Shown: positions 17,901 to 27,200 of the stretch, in pieces
How positions within the stretch are numbered: position 1 is the stretch's first letter
Layout: every line of letters begins with the position of its first letter
The notes under the pieces: model-generated
The model's database searches: none
The model's input: the letters and a program-made list of their open reading frames with translations, nothing else
Told to the model about the DNA's origin: nothing
Assembly (NCBI GenBank): GCA_049320885.1
Contig: JBMORA010000068.1
Coordinates: 1 to 36,310 of the forward strand
Length of the DNA stretch: 36,310 bases
Direction of reading: 5' to 3'
Source of the DNA: Thermodesulfobacteriota bacterium
GTDB lineage: Bacteria > Desulfobacterota > Desulfobacteria > Desulfobacterales > SURF-7
Translations under genes and position numbers: made by a program

Positions 17901-19358
17901 TCAACCCGCCAGGCAGGGCTTTCTGGCCGCCGCGGTTTCATCCAGGCGCCGCAGGCGGCAGCGGTGGGGCGCCTCGCGCAGTACTTCCGGGTTCCGTTCC
18001 GCCTCGGCGGCGATGGTTTTCAGCGCGGCGACAAGGCGGTCCAGGTTTTCCTTTGATTCGGTTTCCGTGGGCTCCACCATCATGGCGCCGCTGACGACCA
18101 GGGGAAAATAAATGGTGGGAGGATGGAAACCGAAGTCCATCAGGCGTTTGGCCATGTCCAGGGTGGTGATTTTATAGGCGTGCTGCCGGCGGTCCGAGAA
18201 AACGCATTCATGCATGCAGGGACGGTCGTAGGGCAGATCGAACGCATCCTTCAGTTTTTCCTTCAGGTAGTTGGCGTTGAGCACGGCAAGCCGGCTCGCT
18301 CTGGTGAGATTTTCCGCCCCCATGCCGAGGATATAGCTGTAGGCCCGGATCATCACGCCCACGTTGCCGAAAAACGGATGCAACCGGCCGATGCTGTCGG
18401 GAAAGTCTTCCCCGAGATCATAGGTGTCGCCGCGCAGGATGATGCGCGGTACCGGCAGAAAGGGCGTGAGATGCTTCCGGACACAGACCGGTCCGGCACC
18501 GGGCCCGCCGCCGCCGTGGGGCGTGGCGAAGGTCTTGTGCAGGTTGAGATGCAGCACGTCCAGGCCGGTTTCGGCCATGTCGACAATGCCCATGACGGCG
18601 TTCAGATTGGCGCCGTCGCCGTATACCAGCCCGCCTTTCCGGTGCACGATGTCGGCGATCTGCCGGACATTTTCCTCAAAGAGCCCCAGGGTGTTGGGAT
18701 TGGTCAGCATGATTCCGGCGGTGTCCTCGTCCATGACCCCGGCGATCTCTTCCGGGGACAGGATGCCGTTTTCAGAGGAGCCGACCTTGACGGACCGGAA
18801 GTTGCAGAGCGCCGCGCTGGCGGGATTGGTCCCATGGGCCGTGTCCGGAACGATGATCTTGGTGCGCGGCCGGCCGTTTTTGCAATGAAAGGCATGCAGG
18901 ATCAGCATGCCGCAGAGTTCTCCCTGGGCGCCGGCGGCCGGTTGCAGAGTGACGGCGTCCATGCCGGTGATCTCGGCCAGAAAGCTCTCCAGTTCGGCCA
19001 TCAGGCCCAACAACCCCTGGGACAGGCGCGGCGGCGACAGCGGATGGGCGCCGGCAAACCCGCGGAGAGCCGCCTGGCGCTCGTGGGTTTTGGGATTGTA
19101 TTTCATGGTGCAGGAGCCCAGGGGAACCATGTTGGTGTCGATACAGAAATTCCATTGGGACAAGCGGGTGTAATGCCTGGCCACATCCACTTCGCTCAGT
19201 TCCGGGAAATCCGGCGCATCGCCGATGAGATCCGGGTCGAGCTCCGCGGCCGCCACGTCCCTTCGGGGTAACGACATGCCGATGCGGCCCGGGCGGCCCC
19301 GTTCCCACAACAGCGGTTCATTGAATGCCGTGCCGTTCGCAGCGAGTTCCTTTTTCAT
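17901..19358 (-). CDS. gcvPB: Glycine dehydrogenase (decarboxylating) subunit 2
   Basis: PLGSCTMKYNPK, QPAAGAQGE, AHGTNPASA, HLNLHKTFATPHGGGGPG (PLP lysine), EPTETESK. Confidence 0.97.
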   Translation of the reverse strand: MKKELAANGTAFNEPLLWERGRPGRIGMSLPRRDVAAAELDPDLIGDAPDFPELSEVDVARHYTRLSQWNFCIDTNMVPLGSCTMKYNPKTHERQAALRGFAGAHPLSPPRLSQGLLGLMAELESFLAEITGMDAVTLQPAAGAQGELCGMLILHAFHCKNGRPRTKIIVPDTAHGTNPASAALCNFRSVKVGSSENGILSPEEIAGVMDEDTAGIMLTNPNTLGLFEENVRQIADIVHRKGGLVYGDGANLNAVMGIVDMAETGLDVLHLNLHKTFATPHGGGGPGAGPVCVRKHLTPFLPVPRIILRGDTYDLGEDFPDSIGRLHPFFGNVGVMIRAYSYILGMGAENLTRASRLAVLNANYLKEKLKDAFDLPYDRPCMHECVFSDRRQHAYKITTLDMAKRLMDFGFHPPTIYFPLVVSGAMMVEPTETESKENLDRLVAALKTIAAEAERNPEVLREAPHRCRLRRLDETAAARKPCLAG

Positions 19359-20686
19359 GCACCCACCTCCCGGATGAAGGCATCCAGCTGTTCCCTGGTT
19401 TTGGTTTCCGTGACGGTCAGCAGATAATGGCCGGCGAGTTCGGGATAAAATGTTTCCAGGGGCAGTCCGGCGATGATCTTTTGCTGCAGCAGTTCCTCGT
19501 ACCGGTTCTCGAAGCCATCGGGGAAACGCACTACGAATTCGTTGAAGACCGGGGTCCTGAACGGGATAACGGCGCCCCCGGACGCAAGGCCGGCTTTCAG
19601 ATACGCGGTTTTATCGTGGTTCAGGCGGGCGATCTCGCGGAAGCCCCGCCTGCCGGCCGCGGCCATGAACATGGCGGCGGTCAGGGCGCAGAGGCTGCCG
19701 TTGGTGCAGATGTTGGAAGTCGCTTTTTCCCGCCGGATATGCTGCTCCCGGGTGGCCAGGGTCAGGACATACCCCCGGCGCCCTTCCACGTCGACGGTTT
19801 CGCCCACCAGTCTTCCGGGCAGGCTGCGGACGTATTCGCCTTTACAGGCCAGCATGCCGAGTCCGGGACCGCCGTAGCTCACGGGAATGCCGAGACTCTG
19901 CCCCTCGCCGCAGGCGATATCCGCTCCCCGGCTGCCGGGATTTTTCAGAAGACCGTAAGCCATGGCTTCGGTAAAAGCGGTGATGCAAAGCGCCTGCTGA
20001 CGGCGGGCGGTTTCGGCCGCAAGGTCCAGATCCTCGATGCAGCCGAAGAAATTGGGGGATTGGACGGCGATGGCGGCAAGATCGCCTGCGGACAAGGCCG
20101 GTGAAAGATCCGTGCGGCCGTCGGTGCCATAGGGCAGGAGGAGAATTTCATGATCGGTGGGCCCGAGATAGGTTTCAACCACCTTGAGAAACAGGGGATG
20201 GATCACCCGGGACAGGGCGATGCGCCGTTTCTTGGTGATGCGCATGGCCATGAGCAGCGCTTCGGCCAGGGAGGAGGCGCCGTCATACAGGGAGGCGTTG
20301 GCCACGGGAAGACCCAGCAGGCGGCCGGTGAGGGTCTGATATTCGTAAATGGCCTGGAGGGTTCCCTGGCTGACTTCCGGCTGATAGGGGGTATAGGCGG
20401 TGCTGAACTCCGGCCGGCCGGTGAGCGAGGGGATCAGGTGGGGGATGACATGTTCGTACCGGCCGGCGCCCAGAAAACTGGTATATTTTCCCGGGGCGGC
20501 CATGTCCCCGGACAGGCGGTCCATATGATCGTTCAGTTCCCATTCGGTCAGCGGTTCCGGCAGTTCAAGCGGTTTTTTCCGCCGGCAGGCTTCCGGGATG
20601 ACCCTGAACAGATCCTCCAGCCGCTCGAGGCCCACCGTCCTCAGCATGGCGGTCAGGTCTTCCTCCGTGTGCGGGAAATAGTGCAT
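19355..20686 (-). CDS. gcvPA: Glycine dehydrogenase (decarboxylating) subunit 1
   Basis: MHYFPHT start overlaps the gcvH stop. TAYTPYQPEVSQGTLQ, NASLYDG, TREQHIRREKATSNICTN. Confidence 0.97.
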   Translation of the reverse strand: MHYFPHTEEDLTAMLRTVGLERLEDLFRVIPEACRRKKPLELPEPLTEWELNDHMDRLSGDMAAPGKYTSFLGAGRYEHVIPHLIPSLTGRPEFSTAYTPYQPEVSQGTLQAIYEYQTLTGRLLGLPVANASLYDGASSLAEALLMAMRITKKRRIALSRVIHPLFLKVVETYLGPTDHEILLLPYGTDGRTDLSPALSAGDLAAIAVQSPNFFGCIEDLDLAAETARRQQALCITAFTEAMAYGLLKNPGSRGADIACGEGQSLGIPVSYGGPGLGMLACKGEYVRSLPGRLVGETVDVEGRRGYVLTLATREQHIRREKATSNICTNGSLCALTAAMFMAAAGRRGFREIARLNHDKTAYLKAGLASGGAVIPFRTPVFNEFVVRFPDGFENRYEELLQQKIIAGLPLETFYPELAGHYLLTVTETKTREQLDAFIREVGA

Positions 20687-21090
20687 CACTCCTCCGTTTG
20701 CAGGCGGTTCAGGTATGCCGCCCTGTCCATCAACTCCTCCCATTCCCGGGGATGGGCCGGCTCGACCTCCAGCATCCAGCCGTCGCCGTAAGGGCTGGTA
20801 TTCACCAGTTCCGGTGAGTCCCCGAGGGCGGTGTTGACGGCCGTGACCTTGCCGCCCACGGGCATGAACAATTCGGACACGGCTTTCACCGATTCCACCG
20901 TGCCGAACTCTGTTCCTTTTTCAAAAAAATCGCCTGGTTTTGGTAATTCCACGTACACGATTTCGCCGAGTTGATCCTGGGCGTAATCGTCGATGCCCAC
21001 CCGGATCCGTCCGTTTTCCCGGCGGGCCCATTCGTGATCCTCGCTGTAGCGCACATCTTCCGGCAGATTCAGTTCGTGCGGTTCTTTCAT
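20686..21090 (-). CDS. gcvH: Glycine cleavage system H protein
   Basis: YSEDHEW, GIDDYAQDQLG, VESVKAVSE (lipoyl lysine), PYGDGW; AGGAG RBS. Confidence 0.97.
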   Translation of the reverse strand: MKEPHELNLPEDVRYSEDHEWARRENGRIRVGIDDYAQDQLGEIVYVELPKPGDFFEKGTEFGTVESVKAVSELFMPVGGKVTAVNTALGDSPELVNTSPYGDGWMLEVEPAHPREWEELMDRAAYLNRLQTEE

Positions 21091-21133
21091 GCGGTCTCCT
21101 TCTTCCATGGGGTTCAAACTGCTTGCATACTGG

Positions 21134-22402
21134 TCAGCGCATGTCTTCGATCCGGTTCCGTGCCGTGCGATGCGGGCGTATGCCCGCGACGATTTCCGCC
21201 GGCAATCGCCGCCGCCGGTCGACCAGAAACACGGTTTCCCCGGTTTGCAGGGGTTCGCTTACGATGACGAATCCGCAGCAAAGCCCTTTCGGTGAATGCC
21301 CGTCGGGTTTGTCCGGGCCGGCCAGGCTGTAAATCCGGCCTTCATGGCGATCGATGGCCATATCCGTGACGCAGGTGGAAACCCGGCCGATCTCTTTTTC
21401 CGATCGGTTCAAGACCCGGGCCTGCTCCACGTCGATTTTGCGCAGATCAAAACCGGCGAAGGGGTAGGTATAGGATTCGGCCCTTGCCCGGAGCAGGGCG
21501 TCAGCGCCCAGAAACGGCTTGGTGAAGGTATTGGGCTCCGGTCCATGGGGCAGGGCGAAGGTCCAGGGGTTGTTTTGAAAGACCCACGCGCCGATGTCCT
21601 GATGGGAAAGCGGCAGGACGGCCCCGGCGCGCAGGGAATCCCTGGCCGCCAGGCCGCAGGGAAGCACGGTTTCCTGGCCGGCCGGTTTCAGCAGGGAGCA
21701 CCAGAGGTTTTCCAACGCCGCGGGTGCGACGAACAGCTCGAAGCCGAATTCTCCGGTATATCCCGTTCTGGACAGGAGGATGCCCGTTCCGTCGGCCAGC
21801 CGCACGTCCCGGTGGACGACGGGGCCGCCGGGCAGCGACCCCTGGAAGGTGAAATACGGGAATCGTTCCAGCACCGCTCCGGGTTGGTCCAGGACCTGGC
21901 GGAGCACCCTGGCGGAGAGCGGGCCCTGAAGATCCAGCTTGGCGAGACGGCCGGTGCGGTCATCGATCCGAACCGGCCGTTCCTTCACGTGATTTCCCAG
22001 GTGTCCGGCAACAATCGGGCCCATGCCGGCATTGACCACCACCATGTATTCATCGGCATGGAGCACGTAGACGACGGCGTCATCGATCACGCGCCCGCCG
22101 TCATCCAGGAAGACCCCGTAAGCGCATTTGCCGGGAGGCGGGGGGGAATCCCCGGTTCCCTTGCCGGGCCGCAGGTCCGCTGAAAAACAATAGTGCAGGA
22201 GATCGAAGGCGCCCGGACCGGAAAGACGGATGATGGACATGTGGCTCGTGTCGAAAAGTCCGGCGGCGGTGATGACGGCCAGGTGTTCGGCCCTGGCGCC
22301 GGTCGGATACCAGAGGGGCATGCTGTATCCGCCGAAGGTGCCCATGCGGGCTTTGTTCTGAACATGCCAGGGATGCAGCGGAGTTTGATCGGCCGGTGTC
22401 AT
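21134..22402 (-). CDS. gcvT: Glycine cleavage system T protein (aminomethyltransferase)
   Basis: TPLHPWH...FGGYSMPLWY, GLFDTSHM, LDLQGP, SRTGYTGEFGFEL, GLAARDSLR; first gene of the operon. Confidence 0.93.
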   Translation of the reverse strand: MTPADQTPLHPWHVQNKARMGTFGGYSMPLWYPTGARAEHLAVITAAGLFDTSHMSIIRLSGPGAFDLLHYCFSADLRPGKGTGDSPPPPGKCAYGVFLDDGGRVIDDAVVYVLHADEYMVVVNAGMGPIVAGHLGNHVKERPVRIDDRTGRLAKLDLQGPLSARVLRQVLDQPGAVLERFPYFTFQGSLPGGPVVHRDVRLADGTGILLSRTGYTGEFGFELFVAPAALENLWCSLLKPAGQETVLPCGLAARDSLRAGAVLPLSHQDIGAWVFQNNPWTFALPHGPEPNTFTKPFLGADALLRARAESYTYPFAGFDLRKIDVEQARVLNRSEKEIGRVSTCVTDMAIDRHEGRIYSLAGPDKPDGHSPKGLCCGFVIVSEPLQTGETVFLVDRRRRLPAEIVAGIRPHRTARNRIEDMR

Positions 22403-22497
22403 GATGATCCCTTTGATGGAAGAAAACGTGACCGGTTGTCCGGAATCGGTTGGCCAGCGTATCCGGGCGGAACCGTCGGTCCGGCCCGCAATGCCAA

Positions 22498-22527
22498 ATT
22501 ATAGGGGCATTATCCGGTTTTCGGCAA
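22498..22527 (-). promoter_or_regulatory. Sigma70 promoter of the gcv-lip operon
   Basis: Minus strand TTGCCG (22527-22522), 18 bp spacer, TATAAT (22503-22498). Confidence 0.55.
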
Positions 22528-22546
22528 GAAAAAAGACGATCCGGGC

Positions 22547-23446
22547 TCACAACAGCTGATAAAGCACCGGCAGGGTGGCGAAGCTCAGGACAATGCCGGC
22601 GCCGACCAGGGCGGCTGCCAGAGCGGGTGAGAGGCCGGCGAAGATGGCCAATGCGCCGGCGGACACCATGGGCGGCATGCCGGCCTCGAAAATGGAAACC
22701 CGCACGGCTTCGCCGCGCAATCCGATCATGTTGCAAAAGAGCAGGGCCGCCGCCGGTGCAAGGACCAGCTTGATGAGGAGCCCCAGGCACAGCTTGCTCG
22801 TCAGCTTCCGATCCAATTGCAGTTGCAGCTGGAAGCCCACGGCGATCATGACCAGCGGGACCAGGGTGGCGGCCAGTATGTTCAGGAAGCCCAGGGTGTG
22901 GGGGTAATACGGGGTGTATCGAATGAAGAGGGCGGCAATCAGGGCGATAAACGGCGGGAAGGAGGCGATCTTCAGCGCCACGCTCGCTAGGGTCGGTTTG
23001 TTGTTTCCAGCGCCCAGGAATGCCAACACAAGAGAACCGTAGGTCGCCAGGGCCGGGAAGGAGCCCAATTGATCATAAATGAGCGCATAGGAAACCGCCT
23101 GATCGCCGAAGAAGGCCTTGACCATGGGGAGTCCGAGAAACGAGGTGTTTCCCAGGGGAATCAGCAGCAGGAGACACCCGGTAATCTCCCGCTGCCACCG
23201 CAAGAGTCCGGACAACAGCAGGATGAGGCCGGCGGTGAAGAACAACAGACACCAGGGCATCAATGCAGGCACCAGCAGGTTTTTCGAGAAAACCAATCCG
23301 GGGATTTTCAGGAGCACCAGGGCGGGCAGGGATATATAGATGACAAAGAGATTCAATACATTTCCGGTTTGGGGCGGAAAATCCGGCAGGCGTTTCAAGG
23401 CCAGGCCGATCAGCAGAAATGTCATGGTCAGGGCGAAGTTTTCCAT
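22547..23446 (-). CDS. AEC (auxin efflux carrier) family transporter
   Basis: About 10 hydrophobic segments; VIYISLPAL, GNTSFLGLP, FPPFIA, EAGMPP motifs. Confidence 0.88.
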   Translation of the reverse strand: MENFALTMTFLLIGLALKRLPDFPPQTGNVLNLFVIYISLPALVLLKIPGLVFSKNLLVPALMPWCLLFFTAGLILLLSGLLRWQREITGCLLLLIPLGNTSFLGLPMVKAFFGDQAVSYALIYDQLGSFPALATYGSLVLAFLGAGNNKPTLASVALKIASFPPFIALIAALFIRYTPYYPHTLGFLNILAATLVPLVMIAVGFQLQLQLDRKLTSKLCLGLLIKLVLAPAAALLFCNMIGLRGEAVRVSIFEAGMPPMVSAGALAIFAGLSPALAAALVGAGIVLSFATLPVLYQLL

Positions 23447-23491
23447 TCCGGACTCCGGATGTCAGGCGGGCGGAGAAGGCGTATCCGCATG

Positions 23492-23917
23492 TTACTCCCG
23501 CGGATTTCGGTTTTTCCCGTGGCGCAGGACCTGGATCAACCCGGTGATCAGCAAGGTCAGGGAAACGCCGGAAGCGAATCCGCTGATGGTGGTATGCAGC
23601 AGAATGGATGCCCTGGCCCTTTCCCAAAGGTTCAGGCGGACGCCGATATCCCTTGCGACGACGGGAAACTGTTTGCCGTCGGTATCCGCGGCAAAGAGAG
23701 TCGAATCCGAAAGACGCTTTTGTAACGGCACGCCGCCGATGAAAAGTTCAAACTGTTTCCCGGTTTCCGCAAGCGGCAGTTTCATGTCCTGATGGGTCCA
23801 ATAGAATCCGGGATCGTCGCGGTAGGCCCGCGCCACATCCGTGATGAAACTGGTGCCGATGGTCAATGTGCCGATGATTCCGATCCATAAGAAGGGGTTG
23901 GTTCTCCAGGTTGTCAT
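23492..23917 (-). CDS. Hypothetical membrane protein (two TM segments)
   Basis: GGAGGA RBS; N- and C-terminal hydrophobic helices flank a soluble loop. Confidence 0.75.
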   Translation of the reverse strand: MTTWRTNPFLWIGIIGTLTIGTSFITDVARAYRDDPGFYWTHQDMKLPLAETGKQFELFIGGVPLQKRLSDSTLFAADTDGKQFPVVARDIGVRLNLWERARASILLHTTISGFASGVSLTLLITGLIQVLRHGKNRNPRE

Positions 23918-24020
23918 GCGTCCTCCCTGCTGAAGTCATGTTGGAATATCACCGCTTCCCCATATTATCTCCATATGGTTATGATTGAAAACAAAAAATC
24001 ATTCACGACAGGAGGATATT

Positions 24021-24206
24021 ATGAAAATCGGAAGATTGTCGAGCATTAACAACGGCCGCTGGCTTTTTTACCAGGATTGCGATATCGTCTGCCATGGTGT
24101 GGGTTTGACTTTCAAAGATAAGGCGTTCGGAAAAATAGGGAGCCGCCATGGAACTCCTGGATTCTTTCGGCAACGCTTCGGCGCCTTTTTTCGAAGCGAA
24201 ATATGA
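24021..24206 (+). CDS. Possible 61-aa leader ORF overlapping the start of the giant gene
   Basis: AGGAGGA RBS 4-5 nt before ATG 24021; no recognisable motif. Confidence 0.3.
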   Translation: MKIGRLSSINNGRWLFYQDCDIVCHGVGLTFKDKAFGKIGSRHGTPGFFRQRFGAFFRSEI

Positions 24207-27200
24207 TCGGTACCTGCAGGTGTTGGGGGCGGCCGATCTCGATCTGCGCAACTACCCCGTCAAATTAATTTTATTGAATATCCTGAAAAAAGAGGGCCTG
24301 CCCGTGCCGGACGGGGTCCTTGTCAATCTGAAACCGTTTTATGAAGCGTTGCTGGAAATTTTTCATCACAACCGGCACGACATCTGCCAGTATTTGAAAG
24401 CCGTGGCCAACGAAATCCAGTTCGCGGATAACGGTAAAATCGAAAAAGACATCATCATCAACGAACTGATGAATATCGGCAGCGCTCAATTTTCATATAT
24501 TATCAAGGATATTGAGGCGATTTTTCAGCTTGTTCTACAGTATCTGAAAGAACCGGATTTGCTCCTTCGCGGCGGCGATGACGACGTGGATGGCCAGGCG
24601 GGGAAAACCACTTCCCTGGTGATCCGGGATTTTTTACTGGCTTCGTTTGACGTGTTGGCCGGCTACACCAATCACGCCGGCATTCTGGAACGAAGCCAGC
24701 ATGTGGATGTGATTCTGCCGCTGAGCAATACCCTCACGGACCGATTTTTCTATACCCATGAACTCACCCCAATCGAAACCAATGTCATGGTCAGCCTGGC
24801 CCAAAAAATCGCCAAGACCAAACATGCCGGAACCATCAGCGTGGACGACAAATTCGTGCATATCGAAGTCAGCGATAAACGATTTTACCACGAAAATTCC
24901 CTGTCGCCGACATACACCATCTTTTACAACAAATCGACAGCGCTGCTGGAGGGCCTCGATCCAATCGCCCAGCGTCAGGTCCAACGGACGGTCGTTAAAA
25001 AAAATTGTTATGACTTGATTCGGTTGGCTGAAAAAACAAAAAAAATCGTGCAGAAAGTCAACCCGCTGTTCAACAGGATGCTGCTCGAGGTCTGTCTGAA
25101 CCTGGATGAGGAACATCTGTTGCCCGCCATTGTCCAGGTGAAAACGATTTATGCTCCTTTTGCTGAAACCGTAAGCCCGAAATCCGGGATATTTCAAATC
25201 AAATTGAACCCCAGGCAGTATCTGAACAAAAGCACGCGATTCTCTTGCCATGGTCCGGCCATTGCCCTGGAAAGACCCCAGGATATCGAGTTGCTGGATC
25301 CGGATTCCATCGCCGTTCTGAAAATCGAAGACTGGAAAAACATTGACCGGTTTCCCTGCTTCCCGCCCCGGAATCGCCCCCGGGTCATGCTGACCAATGG
25401 CGGCTCCATGGGCATGCATCTGATCACCCAGCTCAAAATGTACGGCGAAAACGTGGCAAAAATCGATAAAGAGGATTTTCAACCCCTATTTGAACTGGCG
25501 CTGGTGAATAAGGCCGAAATCCAAAAGGCCGCCACGCAAACCGTTCATATAACGGAAGTACTGATTGAACGGGATCACCGGGACGGCAAATTCGGACGGA
25601 TGAATTGGCGGTGTTACCGGGAATGCACGCTGCCGCCCGGAGTGCTCACGGAAAAAGCCGTCGAACGAATGAACGCCGAACCGGAATTCGGGAGCTTCCG
25701 GGACTGGGAATTCCGGAAGGCGCTGGATCAGCAGGCAGCCTTGAACCATCCGGCCGGGTATATCAATCCGGATTCGGAACTGATATCGTTTGTCACTTCC
25801 GTTGATGACGAGGAGGGGGATGGGATCCGGATATATAAGGGGCAGTACGTCCAGTTCACGATCCGCGCGGTTCACAAAAAAAGGATTGCCGGCATCATCC
25901 AGAATTCATACGAACTCAATCGATTCTGGGCTTTTTTGTCGGCGATAAGTGAAATGTTGGGGAATGACTGGCTCCATATCGATTACCAAAAATCGGAATC
26001 CCGGATCAAGCGGTGGATCGATGGAAACCACCCGGATCTGAAAGCGCCGCTCCTGACCGTATTGAAAACCCCCAAAGTGACCTGGCTGAGAATCCTGGAA
26101 GTGGAAAGGAATTCCTACGGAACCTTTAGCGGAAAGGTTCTGGATCCAGGCAAATACCGATATCTGAGCACCAAAAATGTTATCGATCTGGTTTTCCGGA
26201 GCGGGGTCACCTACAATCTTACCATCACGGCGGATGCGGTCAATGCCTGCAACCATCTGAGCACGCATTTTATCCTGAGAGCCGTGTTCGAGGGAAACGT
26301 GACGGCGATTCGGGGGAGCACCGCCGAGGGAAGGGTGGGATATGCGGACTCCTGGAATGGCCTTTACGAATATTATCCCCGGGACGAATACCTGGCCAGG
26401 ATCCCGGACCTGCTCAACAGTCTGTACACCCTTAAAAGCATCGGCCTTGATCCCTGTTTCGAGGTAAAATACATCCAGCGCTGGATAGAAAACGGCAGTT
26501 ATCAAATTGCCAATGCCATCCTGCGGGATGACCGGTTTGAGGAAAAAGTCGTCCTCCCCATCATCGACCATGTCATCCTGCCGGTGATCGATGTCCAGGG
26601 GGTCATTCATGCCATGATCCCTTTTTCGGTTTACAAGCACTGTCTCGAACTGCTGGATTATAAAACGGTGATTCCCAGTTCCAAGCGATTATGGGAAACC
26701 GTCAAGCGTTATTTCAACCATGAATCGTTAAAATCCGGGACCGCGCATCATATTTTTCAGGCGGAGGAAAAATGGGTGGCGGATATCATTTTCCCTGCCG
26801 ATATTCCCGGGCATCTGGAAAATCTTCTCGTGGTTTCCCCCGGTTCCGATCTGCATCCATCGACGGACGCCGAGGTGATCAATGCCTTGAAGGTGCTGGC
26901 AACCATCAGTCATACCACTCCGTTCACGCATGATCCGGCCATCCGGCCGCGTCCGGCGGGCATTCCCAATTCCGCTTACAGGAAACGCGATCTTACGGAA
27001 ATGCGATATCGCAAGTTGAGATGGCTCCAGTCCGCCGACGAGCCCGAGGCGGTATCCGCGGATACCTATTTCAATCGTCATGTATTGGGGTTGAACGAAA
27101 CGATCAAGGTGAGCCGGCTGCTGCTTGACCGGGTCCATCGGATGGAAGATGAATTGATCCGGATCGGGGAGTTCGACGCCTGCCTCCGCACGATGGCCGC

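Noticed and set aside
22403..22546. Glycine riboswitch upstream of gcvT
   Set aside because: No GGAGA...CCGAAG...CTCTCAGG aptamer core, and the leader after the predicted promoter is only about 90 nt.
24021..24150. Frameshifted N-terminal extension joining the upstream ORF to the giant gene
   Set aside because: A TAG in the giant gene's frame lies four codons before its ATG, and the gene has its own AGGGAG RBS.
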